This document shows positions 1 to 7,986 of a stretch of 43,155 nucleotides of DNA, piece by piece. Under the pieces are notes generated by a model that did no database searches, was not told where the DNA came from, and worked only from the letters and a program-made list of their open reading frames with translations. The DNA comes from a virus. Where the stretch lies: the IMG/VR virus record IMGVR_UViG_3300045988_176298, positions 1-43,155 of that record. One strand, written 5' to 3'. Position numbers and translations under genes: made by a program. Position 1 is the first letter of the stretch. Each line of letters opens with the position of its first letter.

Positions 1-49
1 ACTCACAATATATATACAGAAATATAAAAATATAAAATTTATTAAAAAA
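1..49. repeat. 49-bp exact direct terminal repeat, copy 1 (identical to 43107..43155)
   Basis: Bases 1-49 (ACTCACAATATATATACAGAAATATAAAAATATAAAATTTATTAAAAAA) are identical to the last 49 bases. This suggests a circular genome or an assembly overlap. Confidence 0.95.
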
Positions 50-81
50 ATATTTTCCCTTATAGGAAGTTATAAAAAATG

Positions 82-169
82 GTGTAACGGTGTAACCGCC
101 GCATAAACACTGGGTTTCTTGGTGTAACCGGAAGTGTAACTTTGGTGTAACTGGCATAAAAAGTGTAAC
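82..169. repeat. Iteron array: six copies of GTGTAAC
   Basis: GTGTAAC occurs at 82, 90, 122, 134, 145 and 163. This is the inverse orientation of the GTTACAC array at 43000..43100. Confidence 0.9.
103..119. repeat. 17-bp direct repeat ATAAACACTGGGTTTCT (second copy at 43052..43068)
   Basis: An exact 17-mer is embedded in each iteron array, in the same orientation in both. Confidence 0.9.
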
Positions 170-181
170 TAAGGAGATTCG

Positions 182-418
182 ATGGATAATAGAACTGTAA
201 TTTATAACATGCATCGGGATATCTGGAACCTGACAGAAAAATATGGATATGAAAAACTGACGGATGAGCAGTGGAAGCGGTTTTGTGACGATGGGTTTAC
301 TCTGCAGGCGAAGTATCGGAAGGTGGGGCGGAGTATGGAGCTTCTATTCCGGGATGAATTCGGGGCCGTACAGAGTTATTATGAGCGGTTGAAGGAGGGG
401 TGCCCTGATGGCCGATGA
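182..418 (+). CDS. Hypothetical early protein (78 aa)
   Basis: First ORF after the iteron region. AAGGAG lies 7 nt upstream of the ATG. No family recognised. Confidence 0.6.
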   Translation: MDNRTVIYNMHRDIWNLTEKYGYEKLTDEQWKRFCDDGFTLQAKYRKVGRSMELLFRDEFGAVQSYYERLKEGCPDGR

Positions 419-569
419 AAAAAAACAGAAGAAAAAAGATATACCTAAATACTGCATGGAATGCGGCGAGGAGATTTCTGCCGGAGAACCATTTGAGTAT
501 ATCAGGACCAAAAGGAGAACAGAAATTTATATACACAGGAAATGTTTAAGGAGGAATATTCATGAATAA
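408..569 (+). CDS. Small Cys/His protein (53 aa), zinc-ribbon-like; not in the ORF track
   Basis: Manual translation: MADEKKQKKKDIPKYCMECGEEISAGEPFEYIRTKRRTEIYIHRKCLRRNIHE, with CxxC...HxxC. It overlaps both neighbours, consistent with translational coupling. Confidence 0.5.
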   Translation: MADEKKQKKKDIPKYCMECGEEISAGEPFEYIRTKRRTEIYIHRKCLRRNIHE

Positions 570-1698
570 AAAAGAGGTTTCAGAAATCAAGAAGCAGTTC
601 AGCTATGAAAGAGCAGCCATTACCCGGATTTGTGGGTGCTATGTAGATGGAGAGAAGAATATCAGAACCAAGATGAAGGAAGCGTTCTTCTCCCTTCCGG
701 AAGAAGAGATATTTAAGTATTTCAAAATCTTCCAGAAGACTTTATCCGGCCGCCTGGAGAAAAATCTGGTTAACCTGGAGTTCCCGCGAAAACAAGAGGA
801 AATTGGCGGTGCACAGGAGTTTCTTCTCAGACTCAGGGATTGTGGGCTTGCCGATAATGAATTGCTGGAAGAATTCTATCAGACCATTATTGAAAATTAC
901 TATTATCCGGAGGGCTATTACATAATCCTGGTCCATGGAGCCTACGACATCCCTGGCAAAGCCAAGGATAATATAGAAATGTTTGATGCATCAGACGATG
1001 TATATGAATATCTTCTGTGCAGCATCTGTCCGGTAAAACTTTCAAAACCTGGGCTTGCTTATAGAGCGGAAGATAACCGGATTGAGAACCGGATCCGCGA
1101 CTGGGTGGTGGAAGAACCGATGCACGGTTTTCTGTTTCCGGCATTTAATGCCAGAGAGATGGACATCCATGGAATGTTATACAGTTCCCGGAAACCAGAG
1201 CAGCTGCAGCCGGATTTTGTCCAGAGCGTGTTTGGTTGTCAGCTGCAGTTATCCGCTGAAAGCCAGCGTGATGCATTTGCGGCGCTGATTGCGGATACAT
1301 TAGGAGAATCTGCGGATTATGAAAGCGTAAAGGATATCTATGAAAATCTTTCGGAAATCATTGAAGAAGCCAAAGACTCCCCGGAGCCAATCATTCTCAA
1401 CAAGCCGGATGTGAAGCAGCTGTTTGAAATAAGCGGTGTGTCAGAGAAGGCCTTGGAGGACTTTGACAACATATATGATGCTGCCATTGGCGATAATAAC
1501 GGCCTGGCTGCAGATAATATTTCCTGCGGTCGGACTTTCAGTATTGAAACCCCGGAAGTGACAATCAAGGTAAATCCTCAATTCATGGATCTGGTAGAAA
1601 CAAAGATAATTGATGGAAGAAACTGCCTTGTCATTACTGTAAATGACCATGTGGAAGTGAACGGGGTAAAAGCGCGGACAATTTCCGCAGAAGATTAA
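562..1698 (+). CDS. DUF4317-like protein (378 aa)
   Basis: The N-terminus MNKKEVSEIKKQF...ITRICGCYVDGEKN...LSGRLEKNLVNLEFP resembles my recollection of Firmicute DUF4317 proteins. AGGAGG-type SD upstream. Confidence 0.75.
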   Translation: MNKKEVSEIKKQFSYERAAITRICGCYVDGEKNIRTKMKEAFFSLPEEEIFKYFKIFQKTLSGRLEKNLVNLEFPRKQEEIGGAQEFLLRLRDCGLADNELLEEFYQTIIENYYYPEGYYIILVHGAYDIPGKAKDNIEMFDASDDVYEYLLCSICPVKLSKPGLAYRAEDNRIENRIRDWVVEEPMHGFLFPAFNAREMDIHGMLYSSRKPEQLQPDFVQSVFGCQLQLSAESQRDAFAALIADTLGESADYESVKDIYENLSEIIEEAKDSPEPIILNKPDVKQLFEISGVSEKALEDFDNIYDAAIGDNNGLAADNISCGRTFSIETPEVTIKVNPQFMDLVETKIIDGRNCLVITVNDHVEVNGVKARTISAED

Positions 1699-1722
1699 AT
1701 GAGGATTTAAAGGAGGAGTAGG

Positions 1723-1947
1723 ATGTCAGCAGAAGTATGTAGGAACTACGGAATACATAATCCGGATACATGTGATTATGCGGAAGAAGGAGATTCCCTT
1801 GATAGAATTACCTACTGGGATAATGAAAAGCAAGTAACAATAAATAATGTCACAATTGCTAATATCGATGAGTATGATGTGGAAATTGTAACAGAAGATT
1901 TTGATATAATTACTATCCCGGTTGATGACATAGAGGACTGGGATTAG
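1723..1947 (+). CDS. Hypothetical acidic protein (74 aa)
   Basis: ORF preceded by AAGGAGGAG. No family recognised. Confidence 0.6.
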   Translation: MSAEVCRNYGIHNPDTCDYAEEGDSLDRITYWDNEKQVTINNVTIANIDEYDVEIVTEDFDIITIPVDDIEDWD

Positions 1948-2013
1948 TCAGCCAAACTGAAATTACAAAAAAGTTGTGTATCGGTAGGTAAGATTACGGA
2001 AGGAGATGGAAGT

Positions 2014-2178
2014 ATGGCAAGGCCAAGGAAGGAAAGCGGTGAAAAATGTATGAGGAAAGACGTAAGTTTTGAACCGGAGCAGTACCAGAAGTTGATTGCT
2101 TACTGCCAGAAAGAGGAGCGGTCCATCTCCTGGGTAATCCGTAAAGCATTGGAGGTTTTCTTGTGTAGCGATACGTAA
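2014..2178 (+). CDS. Ribbon-helix-helix (CopG/Arc-like) protein, 54 aa; not in the ORF track
   Basis: Manual translation: MARPRKESGEKCMRKDVSFEPEQYQKLIAYCQKEERSISWVIRKALEVFLCSDT, a beta-helixA-helixB pattern. GGAAGGAG SD upstream. Confidence 0.6.
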   Translation: MARPRKESGEKCMRKDVSFEPEQYQKLIAYCQKEERSISWVIRKALEVFLCSDT

Positions 2179-2287
2179 CAATACACAAGTAAACTGAAAT
2201 TTAACTGGCATCCCGAAAAACAATCTGTGCAATATGCTATAATGACCATAGCTATATGCATTAGAAAATAAGGAAGGAATAGAAAGT

Positions 2288-2440
2288 ATGGAAAAAATAA
2301 CAGTAAGGGAAGTCAGAATGGCACTGGATGGCTTTCCCGAGGATTTGGAGATTGAATTATCAGATGAAGCTTCTGCGGCCTACGAATATCTTATTGAGTA
2401 CGCGAAAAGACTGCATAGCAGGGAAGGTGAGAGTACATGA
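2288..2440 (+). CDS. Hypothetical small protein (50 aa); not in the ORF track
   Basis: Manual translation: MEKITVREVRMALDGFPEDLEIELSDEASAAYEYLIEYAKRLHSREGEST. AAGGAAGGAA upstream; ATGA overlap with the next ORF. Confidence 0.45.
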   Translation: MEKITVREVRMALDGFPEDLEIELSDEASAAYEYLIEYAKRLHSREGEST

Positions 2441-2610
2441 AATATGCAGAAGGTGGGCAATGCCCTTTCTGCGGCAGCGCCGACAGCGTGGTAATTGATA
2501 TCCGGTACCGGCCGAGCCTTAAGCGGGTGGTCCGGCGCCGCAGGTGTAAGGCCTGCGGGCAGCGCTGGAACACGGTGGAAATAAGGATTAAGGAGCATAG
2601 GAATGATTAA
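2437..2610 (+). CDS. Zinc-ribbon protein (57 aa); not in the ORF track
   Basis: Manual translation: MKYAEGGQCPFCGSADSVVIDIRYRPSLKRVVRRRRCKACGQRWNTVEIRIKEHRND. Two CxxC pairs, as in an NrdR-type N-terminal ribbon. Confidence 0.55.
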   Translation: MKYAEGGQCPFCGSADSVVIDIRYRPSLKRVVRRRRCKACGQRWNTVEIRIKEHRND

Positions 2611-2710
2611 GGTGATTGTAATTATAGGCGGATGCATTATTGCTGCAGGATACATACTGTCCGCGGCTGCCTGCATTAAGATGCGACACGAGGACGAGCT
2701 GATGGATTAA
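2603..2710 (+). CDS. Possible 35-aa hydrophobic peptide
   Basis: Manual translation: MIKVIVIIGGCIIAAGYILSAAACIKMRHEDELMD. It overlaps the previous stop. One predicted TM helix. Confidence 0.35.
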   Translation: MIKVIVIIGGCIIAAGYILSAAACIKMRHEDELMD

Positions 2711-2888
2711 AACATAAAAAGAGTCCTGCCACAGGGTTGCCTCCCTTGATGTGACAGAACTCATGTTCGATGTGATTTCATTGTAAACCTTTATGCGCAT
2801 AAGGTCAAGAACATTTTCCAGTAACTGGGAATAATTGAACAAAAAATAGCGGTAGACCACCCGCCAAGATGCTTCTACCGCTGCGCTA

Positions 2889-2929
2889 TTGCTTAAAGGT
2901 ATTATAGCATTTTTGCGGCCTTTAAGCAA
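2889..2929. repeat. 11-bp perfect inverted repeat TTGCTTAAAGG / CCTTTAAGCAA (19-nt spacer) just upstream of the recombinase start
   Basis: Arms at 2889..2899 and 2919..2929. CTTAAAGG occurs again at 2930..2937, overlapping the SD. Confidence 0.85.
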
Positions 2930-2948
2930 CTTAAAGGAGGCAAAATCT

Positions 2949-3971
2949 ATGAAGGAACAGCTTATCAATGATGTGTTATTAAGAATGCAGGAAGTAATCA
3001 ACCGGGAACAGCTCCGCGTGCTGGAGCAGGTGCTTCTGGCTGTGATGTACAGCGTTGAGGTGGTCCGCATGGAGACAGCCCTGAGTACCGATCTGGATGA
3101 TAACCAATACATGTTGGATACCATCAAGCTCAATATGCAAAAGAGAGACCTCAGCGAAAAGACCATAGAGCAGTACATGAGGGCGGCGCGGATGTTTTTG
3201 GATGTGGTGCATAAAAACCTGCGCAATGTGATTCCGACGGACATAGAGTATTATCTCAATGAGTTTTCCCGCGGCAGGCTCAAGGCCAATAGCCCGCAAA
3301 GCGTTAATAACGAGAGACAGTTCTTGTCATCCGTGTTCACCTGGCTGCGTCGGTGCAATTTTATCAGCCAGAATCCTGTGGAGAACATCCCGAAGAGGAA
3401 AGTGCCACGGAAACCGATAGACTTTTTACAGGGTGTTGAGGTGGAGGAGTTGCGCGCGGCCTGTGACCAGGACACCGCAAAAGGCAAGCGTGAGAGGGCA
3501 GTGTTAGAATTCCTGCTTTCAACAGGCGCCAGAGTGGGTGAGGTGCCGGACGTCAAGATAGCTGACATAGATTTTGTTTCTGGGACACTTATGATTTATG
3601 GGCACAAGGACAGGGAGTACCGCGAAGTATACCTGGATGATGCAGCCAAGGTACACATTAAGCGCTACCTGGATAGCCGGCAGGATGACAGCCCTTACCT
3701 GTTTGTCGGGCTTAAGGCTCCGCATCTGCCGATCCATGAGTGTGCATACCGTGACCTCATGCAGGGTATCAGGGAGCATGCGGAGATGCGGCGCCGGGTA
3801 TATCCACACCTGATGCGCAAGACAATGGCATCCAGCCTGAGGCAGCATGGGGTAAGCCTGGATGATATCGCAGATATGCTGGGACATAGCACTACGACGG
3901 TTACCAAGGGGTATTATGCGGCGCAGACGCCGGGACAGCTGCGGCACGTACATAAGGCATACATTGCTTAA
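2949..3971 (+). CDS. Tyrosine recombinase (XerC/D / phage-integrase family), second copy in this genome
   Basis: C-terminal catalytic-type motifs ARVGEV...HLMRKTMAS...LGHSTTTVTKGYYA. Start placed at the ATG behind AAAGGAGG; the track ORF begins at 2889. Confidence 0.9.
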   Translation: MKEQLINDVLLRMQEVINREQLRVLEQVLLAVMYSVEVVRMETALSTDLDDNQYMLDTIKLNMQKRDLSEKTIEQYMRAARMFLDVVHKNLRNVIPTDIEYYLNEFSRGRLKANSPQSVNNERQFLSSVFTWLRRCNFISQNPVENIPKRKVPRKPIDFLQGVEVEELRAACDQDTAKGKRERAVLEFLLSTGARVGEVPDVKIADIDFVSGTLMIYGHKDREYREVYLDDAAKVHIKRYLDSRQDDSPYLFVGLKAPHLPIHECAYRDLMQGIREHAEMRRRVYPHLMRKTMASSLRQHGVSLDDIADMLGHSTTTVTKGYYAAQTPGQLRHVHKAYIA

Positions 3972-3988
3972 TTCATAAGGAGGTAAAG

Positions 3989-4174
3989 ATGCATAGAAAC
4001 AGTGAAGGATATGCGGATACAACGGCGGGAGAAGCCATAGAACGGGTGGACAGGCCGCCACATGCAGTACGGCAGGTAATCTATATTCTGCGGCTCATTG
4101 CCAGTCTCGCGGGTATGGAGATTGTGGGACGGATTACGCTTAAGGACAAGGAGACGGGAAGGGAGTGGCGGTGA
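3989..4174 (+). CDS. Hypothetical protein (61 aa)
   Basis: ORF with AAGGAGG SD, tightly packed with its neighbours. Confidence 0.55.
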   Translation: MHRNSEGYADTTAGEAIERVDRPPHAVRQVIYILRLIASLAGMEIVGRITLKDKETGREWR

Positions 4175-4602
4175 TGATGATGGACAAAGGGATATTGCAG
4201 GATTACATTGATGTCTGCGAGTTAATCAAAGAGACGGAGCAGGATATCCAGCGGTTACAGTGTAAAAAGAAAACGGTCATACAAACCAACGTGAAAGGAA
4301 GCAATCCTGAATTTCCCTATCAGGAGCAGCACTTCAAGATTCAGGGGACAACATTCACTTACACAGAGGATACACAACTCAGGATGGAGGAAAAGCTTCT
4401 GGAAGAACGCAAATCTGCCGCGGAAGAAAAAAAGCGTCAGGTGGAAGAATGGATGCTGACCATACCGGCCAGGATGCAGCGGATCATCCGGTTTAAGTTC
4501 TTCCAGAAAAAAACATGGGAAGAAGTAGCCGTATTTATGAAAGGGAAGGCCACGGCGGATAGTGTAAGAAAAGAATTTGAAAATTTTATGAAAACAGCAT
4601 AA
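4174..4602 (+). CDS. Sigma-70 region-4-like / RinA-ArpU-DUF1492-type putative late transcription regulator
   Basis: The C-terminus IPARMQRIIRFKFFQKKTWEEVAVFMKGKATADSVRKEF looks like a sigma region-4 HTH. Its position just upstream of the packaging genes is typical. The track ORF starts at GTG 4165. Confidence 0.6.
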   Translation: MMMDKGILQDYIDVCELIKETEQDIQRLQCKKKTVIQTNVKGSNPEFPYQEQHFKIQGTTFTYTEDTQLRMEEKLLEERKSAAEEKKRQVEEWMLTIPARMQRIIRFKFFQKKTWEEVAVFMKGKATADSVRKEFENFMKTA

Positions 4603-4604
4603 GT

Positions 4605-4629
4605 TTTTCCGTTTTTTCCGCATTTTCCG
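4605..4629. repeat. Three phased TTTTCCG repeats (9-bp period)
   Basis: TTTTCCG at 4605, 4614 and 4623, immediately after the stop of the regulator gene. Confidence 0.8.
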
Positions 4630-4702
4630 TTTTAAAAGTGCTATAGTGTAGGCTGAAAGAAGTGAAATACTCCTTCTTACCCTCCCCATACATTTTTTTA
4701 AA

Positions 4703-4736
4703 GAAGCATCCTGTGTAATGCAGGGTGTTTCTTTTT
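4703..4736 (+). terminator. Rho-independent terminator
   Basis: Stem CATCCTG / CAGGGTG (4707-4713 with 4721-4727), followed by TTTCTTTTT. Confidence 0.65.
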
Positions 4737-4808
4737 GTCGGTATTTAATTAAAACTGCATAATCTTCCGCGGAATGTAAAAACTGTCAAAGTAACTGAAA
4801 ACTGAAAG

Positions 4809-4838
4809 TTGACTTTACATGCGGAATGGAGGTATAAT
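4809..4838 (+). promoter_or_regulatory. Sigma-A-type promoter of the ParA-like cassette
   Basis: TTGACT (4809-4814), 18-nt spacer, TATAAT (4833-4838). GCGGAATG is repeated directly at about 4769 and about 4821. Confidence 0.65.
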
Positions 4839-4864
4839 ATTTGAAAAAGAATAGGGAGGACATT

Positions 4865-5929
4865 ATGCAAGAGTTATTCGATAGATATGATAAGATTTTG
4901 TCAGGAGAACTAAAAAAGATAGATATTCCTGGAAATAGGGAGTTCAAAACCTATGCAATAACAAATTTTAGAGGCGGTATTGGTAAAACGACTTTATCTT
5001 TCAATCTCGCTTATGCAATGAGTAAAAAGTATATGACTTTATTTTTGGATATGTGTCCCCAACAAAATTTTACATCCCTGTTGTTGAATAGTACAAAGCC
5101 TTATGAAGGAAGCACTATTTATGACGCATTAATGGAAAAAATGATGGGTTCAGCATGGCAAATAGGAGATAAGAATTTATCCTTGAGACTTCAAGATTTC
5201 AATGAGGAATTTAGAAGTAACTGTAAAACATGTTATTTTATTCCCGGAAGCAGCCATCTGTTTTTGTTTCCCAGTCAATTTTATTCGCGATTGAATGAAT
5301 ATTTAGGAATGACATCTTCTGGAAATGGAGAGAGACCTGTTAGTGTTTTATTAAAAATGCTTAAAACCATAATTGTGGAGCAAATGGAAGAAACGAAGAC
5401 TGAAAAAATATTAATAGATACGAGCCCTTTTTTTGCAGGAGGAACTCACTTAGCTTGGGCGGCATCTGATGCCTTAATTATTCCAGTAAGAGTTGATGAA
5501 CAATCTATTTATTCATTGGAACTCACACTTGAAATGCTTCATAACCCAGCAAGCGATTTTAATATTTGGAGAGAGAGAGCGGGAATGTCAGAAAAACCTA
5601 CTGTCCAAGCAATAATTATGACCCACTGTGGTTGGAATAGACAAGCGGATCATCAAATAGATAGTGCATCTCGTATGTATATTGAACGAGCAGTTGATAT
5701 CGCACTAAAGTACAAAGATGTATTTACGACTGAAAATGTTGTTGACCATTTTGCATTGTTGTCAGATTTTCATAGTTCTGGAAGAATAAGCGGTTCTAAA
5801 GCGATACCTATTGATAATTTGATTGAGGGAAGACAGCATAGGATTGAAGGAAGAAAGGTGGAAGTTAACAGGAGTGTAAACAGATATAAAAAAGAACTGG
5901 AGTATGCATTTAATTTAATTAATTGTTAA
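4865..5929 (+). CDS. ParA/Soj-family P-loop ATPase-like protein (orphan, no ParB seen)
   Basis: Deviant Walker A reads NFRGGIGKTTLSFNLA, with Arg in place of the signature Lys. Walker B-like ILIDTSPF. Start moved to the ATG behind AGGGAGGA. The gene is visibly AT-rich relative to its flanks. Confidence 0.8.
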   Translation: MQELFDRYDKILSGELKKIDIPGNREFKTYAITNFRGGIGKTTLSFNLAYAMSKKYMTLFLDMCPQQNFTSLLLNSTKPYEGSTIYDALMEKMMGSAWQIGDKNLSLRLQDFNEEFRSNCKTCYFIPGSSHLFLFPSQFYSRLNEYLGMTSSGNGERPVSVLLKMLKTIIVEQMEETKTEKILIDTSPFFAGGTHLAWAASDALIIPVRVDEQSIYSLELTLEMLHNPASDFNIWRERAGMSEKPTVQAIIMTHCGWNRQADHQIDSASRMYIERAVDIALKYKDVFTTENVVDHFALLSDFHSSGRISGSKAIPIDNLIEGRQHRIEGRKVEVNRSVNRYKKELEYAFNLINC

Positions 5930-5937
5930 TATATGTG

Positions 5938-5972
5938 GAAGAGGTGGCGCATTGCCGCCTCTTTTCTTTTTC
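5938..5972 (+). terminator. Rho-independent terminator after the ParA-like gene
   Basis: Stem GAAGAGGTGGC / GCCGCCTCTTT, followed by a TCTTTTT run. Confidence 0.7.
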
Positions 5973-5991
5973 CAAAACAAACGAATGAGAG

Positions 5992-6702
5992 GTGGTGAGG
6001 TTGTCACGGAAACCTGATGAAAGAATCGATCAGGCGAAGAAAATGTTTCTGAACGGGATGAAACTGGTTGAGATTGCAAGTCAACTAGGACTGCCAGAGG
6101 GAACAGTTCGTCGCTGGAAGAGCACACATAATTGGGATAACGAACGTTCGGATAAAATAAGCGAACGTTCGCAAAGAAGAAAAGGTGGTCAGCCAGGTAA
6201 CGTAAATGCTGTTGACGCAGGCGCTCCACCGAAGAATCATAATGCAGAAAAACACGGTCTCTTCCGAAAATGGCTACCGGAAGAGGCCTTTTCTATAATT
6301 CAGGAAATGCCGAAGGATCCTCTTGATGTCCTTTGGGACCAGATACAGATTGCGTATGCTGCCATCATCCGAGCACAGAAGATTATGTACGTCCGAGATA
6401 TTACTGACAGTACAAAGACGGAGATAGGCCATAAAGATGGAGAGACATTTACTGAAGAGCGTTGGGAAGTGCAACAGGCGTGGGACAAACAAGGAAACTT
6501 TTTGAAGTCCCAGGCCAGAGCACAGGGAGAACTCCGAAGTCTTATCAAACAGTATGATGAGATGCTCCATCGGAACTGGGAACTGGCAACAGAAGAACAG
6601 CGGATGCGTATTGCGGTAATGAAATCCCAGATAGAATCTGATAAGGATATTCCTATCCACATTACTTTTACAAAGGCAAGTGAAAAGCATGGAGGAAGTT
6701 AA
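5992..6702 (+). CDS. terS: Terminase small subunit
   Basis: N-terminal [36 protein letters not shown] is typical of phage small terminases. It lies directly upstream of terL. Confidence 0.85.
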   Translation: MVRLSRKPDERIDQAKKMFLNGMKLVEIASQLGLPEGTVRRWKSTHNWDNERSDKISERSQRRKGGQPGNVNAVDAGAPPKNHNAEKHGLFRKWLPEEAFSIIQEMPKDPLDVLWDQIQIAYAAIIRAQKIMYVRDITDSTKTEIGHKDGETFTEERWEVQQAWDKQGNFLKSQARAQGELRSLIKQYDEMLHRNWELATEEQRMRIAVMKSQIESDKDIPIHITFTKASEKHGGS

Positions 6703-7975
6703 AAATGTAGAGTTTGCGCTGAATGACCATTTTTTTGAATTTGTGGACGACTGGAATTATAAGATATATTTCACGGTTGGCGGATACGGCAGTTCCAAAA
6801 GCTACCATATAGCGGTGAAACTGATTAAGAAACTGCTGGAAGAAAAACGAAAGGCCCTGGTAGTTAGAGAAGTGTTTGAGACTATCCGGGATTCCTGCTT
6901 TGACTTGTTGCAGGAAGTGGCTGCCGCAATGGAAGTAGATGATTTGCTTGTTTTTACTTCCAACCCGATGCAGGTTCGCTTTAAAAATGGCAGTAAGATA
7001 ATCTTTAAAGGGATGGATAAGCCGGCTAAACTGAAATCATTGAACGGCGTATCAATCGTATGGATTGAGGAGTGCTCAGAGGTCAAATATGATGGCTTTA
7101 AAGAGATTCTGGGAAGGCTCCGGCATCCCGCTTTGAGTAATCACATTATTCTGTCTACGAACCCTGTGAGTAAGGGGAACTGGTGTTACAAATACTTCTT
7201 CCAAAACAAGAAAGAGCATATTTTTATCTTGGACGACGAGGAACTGTATAAGAAGCGAATCATCATAAAAGGCAATACCTATTATCATCACAGCACGGTT
7301 GATGATAATTTTTTTGTGCCTGAAGACTATGTTCATCAGTTGGATGAGCTTCAGTTACACGACCCCGATTTGTACCGTGTGGCCCGGAAGGGACGTTTTG
7401 GTGTCAACGGGCGCCTGGTGCTGCCACAGTTTGAGGTATGGCCGCAGAATAAGGTTTATAAGGCCATGAGGGCTGTCAGAAACCCGATAGAGAAGAATGG
7501 GATGGACTTCGGTTTTGTGGAATCCTACAATGCCGTTGTCAGGATGCTGATAGACCATGATGAAAAGATACTGTATCTGTATGATGAGTATTATTCCCGG
7601 GACAAAACAGATCCGGAGATAGCTGCCGATATTGAGAAGTGGAAAGATATTCTTATCAAGGCAGATTGTGCGGAGCCGAAGGCAATTAAATATTATAAGC
7701 AGCAAGGTTTCCGGATGAAGGCTTGCCATAAATTTAAGGGTTCCCGTGCCATGTATACCAAAAAGGTGAAGAGATTTAAAAAGATTATCTGCTCTGATGC
7801 ATGTCAAAATATTATTGATGAGCTGCAGGACCTTACCTTTGCGGTGGATAAAGATGGCGAACTAATTGAGGATGAATTCAACATTGACCCGCATACCCTT
7901 TCCGCTATCTGGTACGGGTTGGATGATTATGAGGTATCAGACCTTAAGGGCGGCGGTATGAGAATTATGAAGTGA
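6680..7975 (+). CDS. terL: Terminase large subunit (PBSX-type)
   Basis: Walker A GGYGSSKS, Walker B-like IVWIEE, and a C-terminal nuclease region. The start is either GTG 6680 or ATG 6689. Confidence 0.92.
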   Translation: MKSMEEVKNVEFALNDHFFEFVDDWNYKIYFTVGGYGSSKSYHIAVKLIKKLLEEKRKALVVREVFETIRDSCFDLLQEVAAAMEVDDLLVFTSNPMQVRFKNGSKIIFKGMDKPAKLKSLNGVSIVWIEECSEVKYDGFKEILGRLRHPALSNHIILSTNPVSKGNWCYKYFFQNKKEHIFILDDEELYKKRIIIKGNTYYHHSTVDDNFFVPEDYVHQLDELQLHDPDLYRVARKGRFGVNGRLVLPQFEVWPQNKVYKAMRAVRNPIEKNGMDFGFVESYNAVVRMLIDHDEKILYLYDEYYSRDKTDPEIAADIEKWKDILIKADCAEPKAIKYYKQQGFRMKACHKFKGSRAMYTKKVKRFKKIICSDACQNIIDELQDLTFAVDKDGELIEDEFNIDPHTLSAIWYGLDDYEVSDLKGGGMRIMK

Positions 7976-7986
7976 GGTGATTGTAA

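Noticed and set aside
82-169. Could the short repeats be a CRISPR array?
   Set aside because: The repeat units are only 7 bp with irregular 1-26-bp gaps. They occur as two opposed arrays around an AT-rich core, and there are no cas genes. They are iterons, not CRISPR repeats.
2588-3244. 218-aa minus-strand ORF, plus other minus ORFs at 1963..2676
   Set aside because: They overlap the tyrosine recombinase and the SD-preceded small + strand genes. Their low-complexity Ser/Cys/Leu-rich translations look like antisense artefacts.
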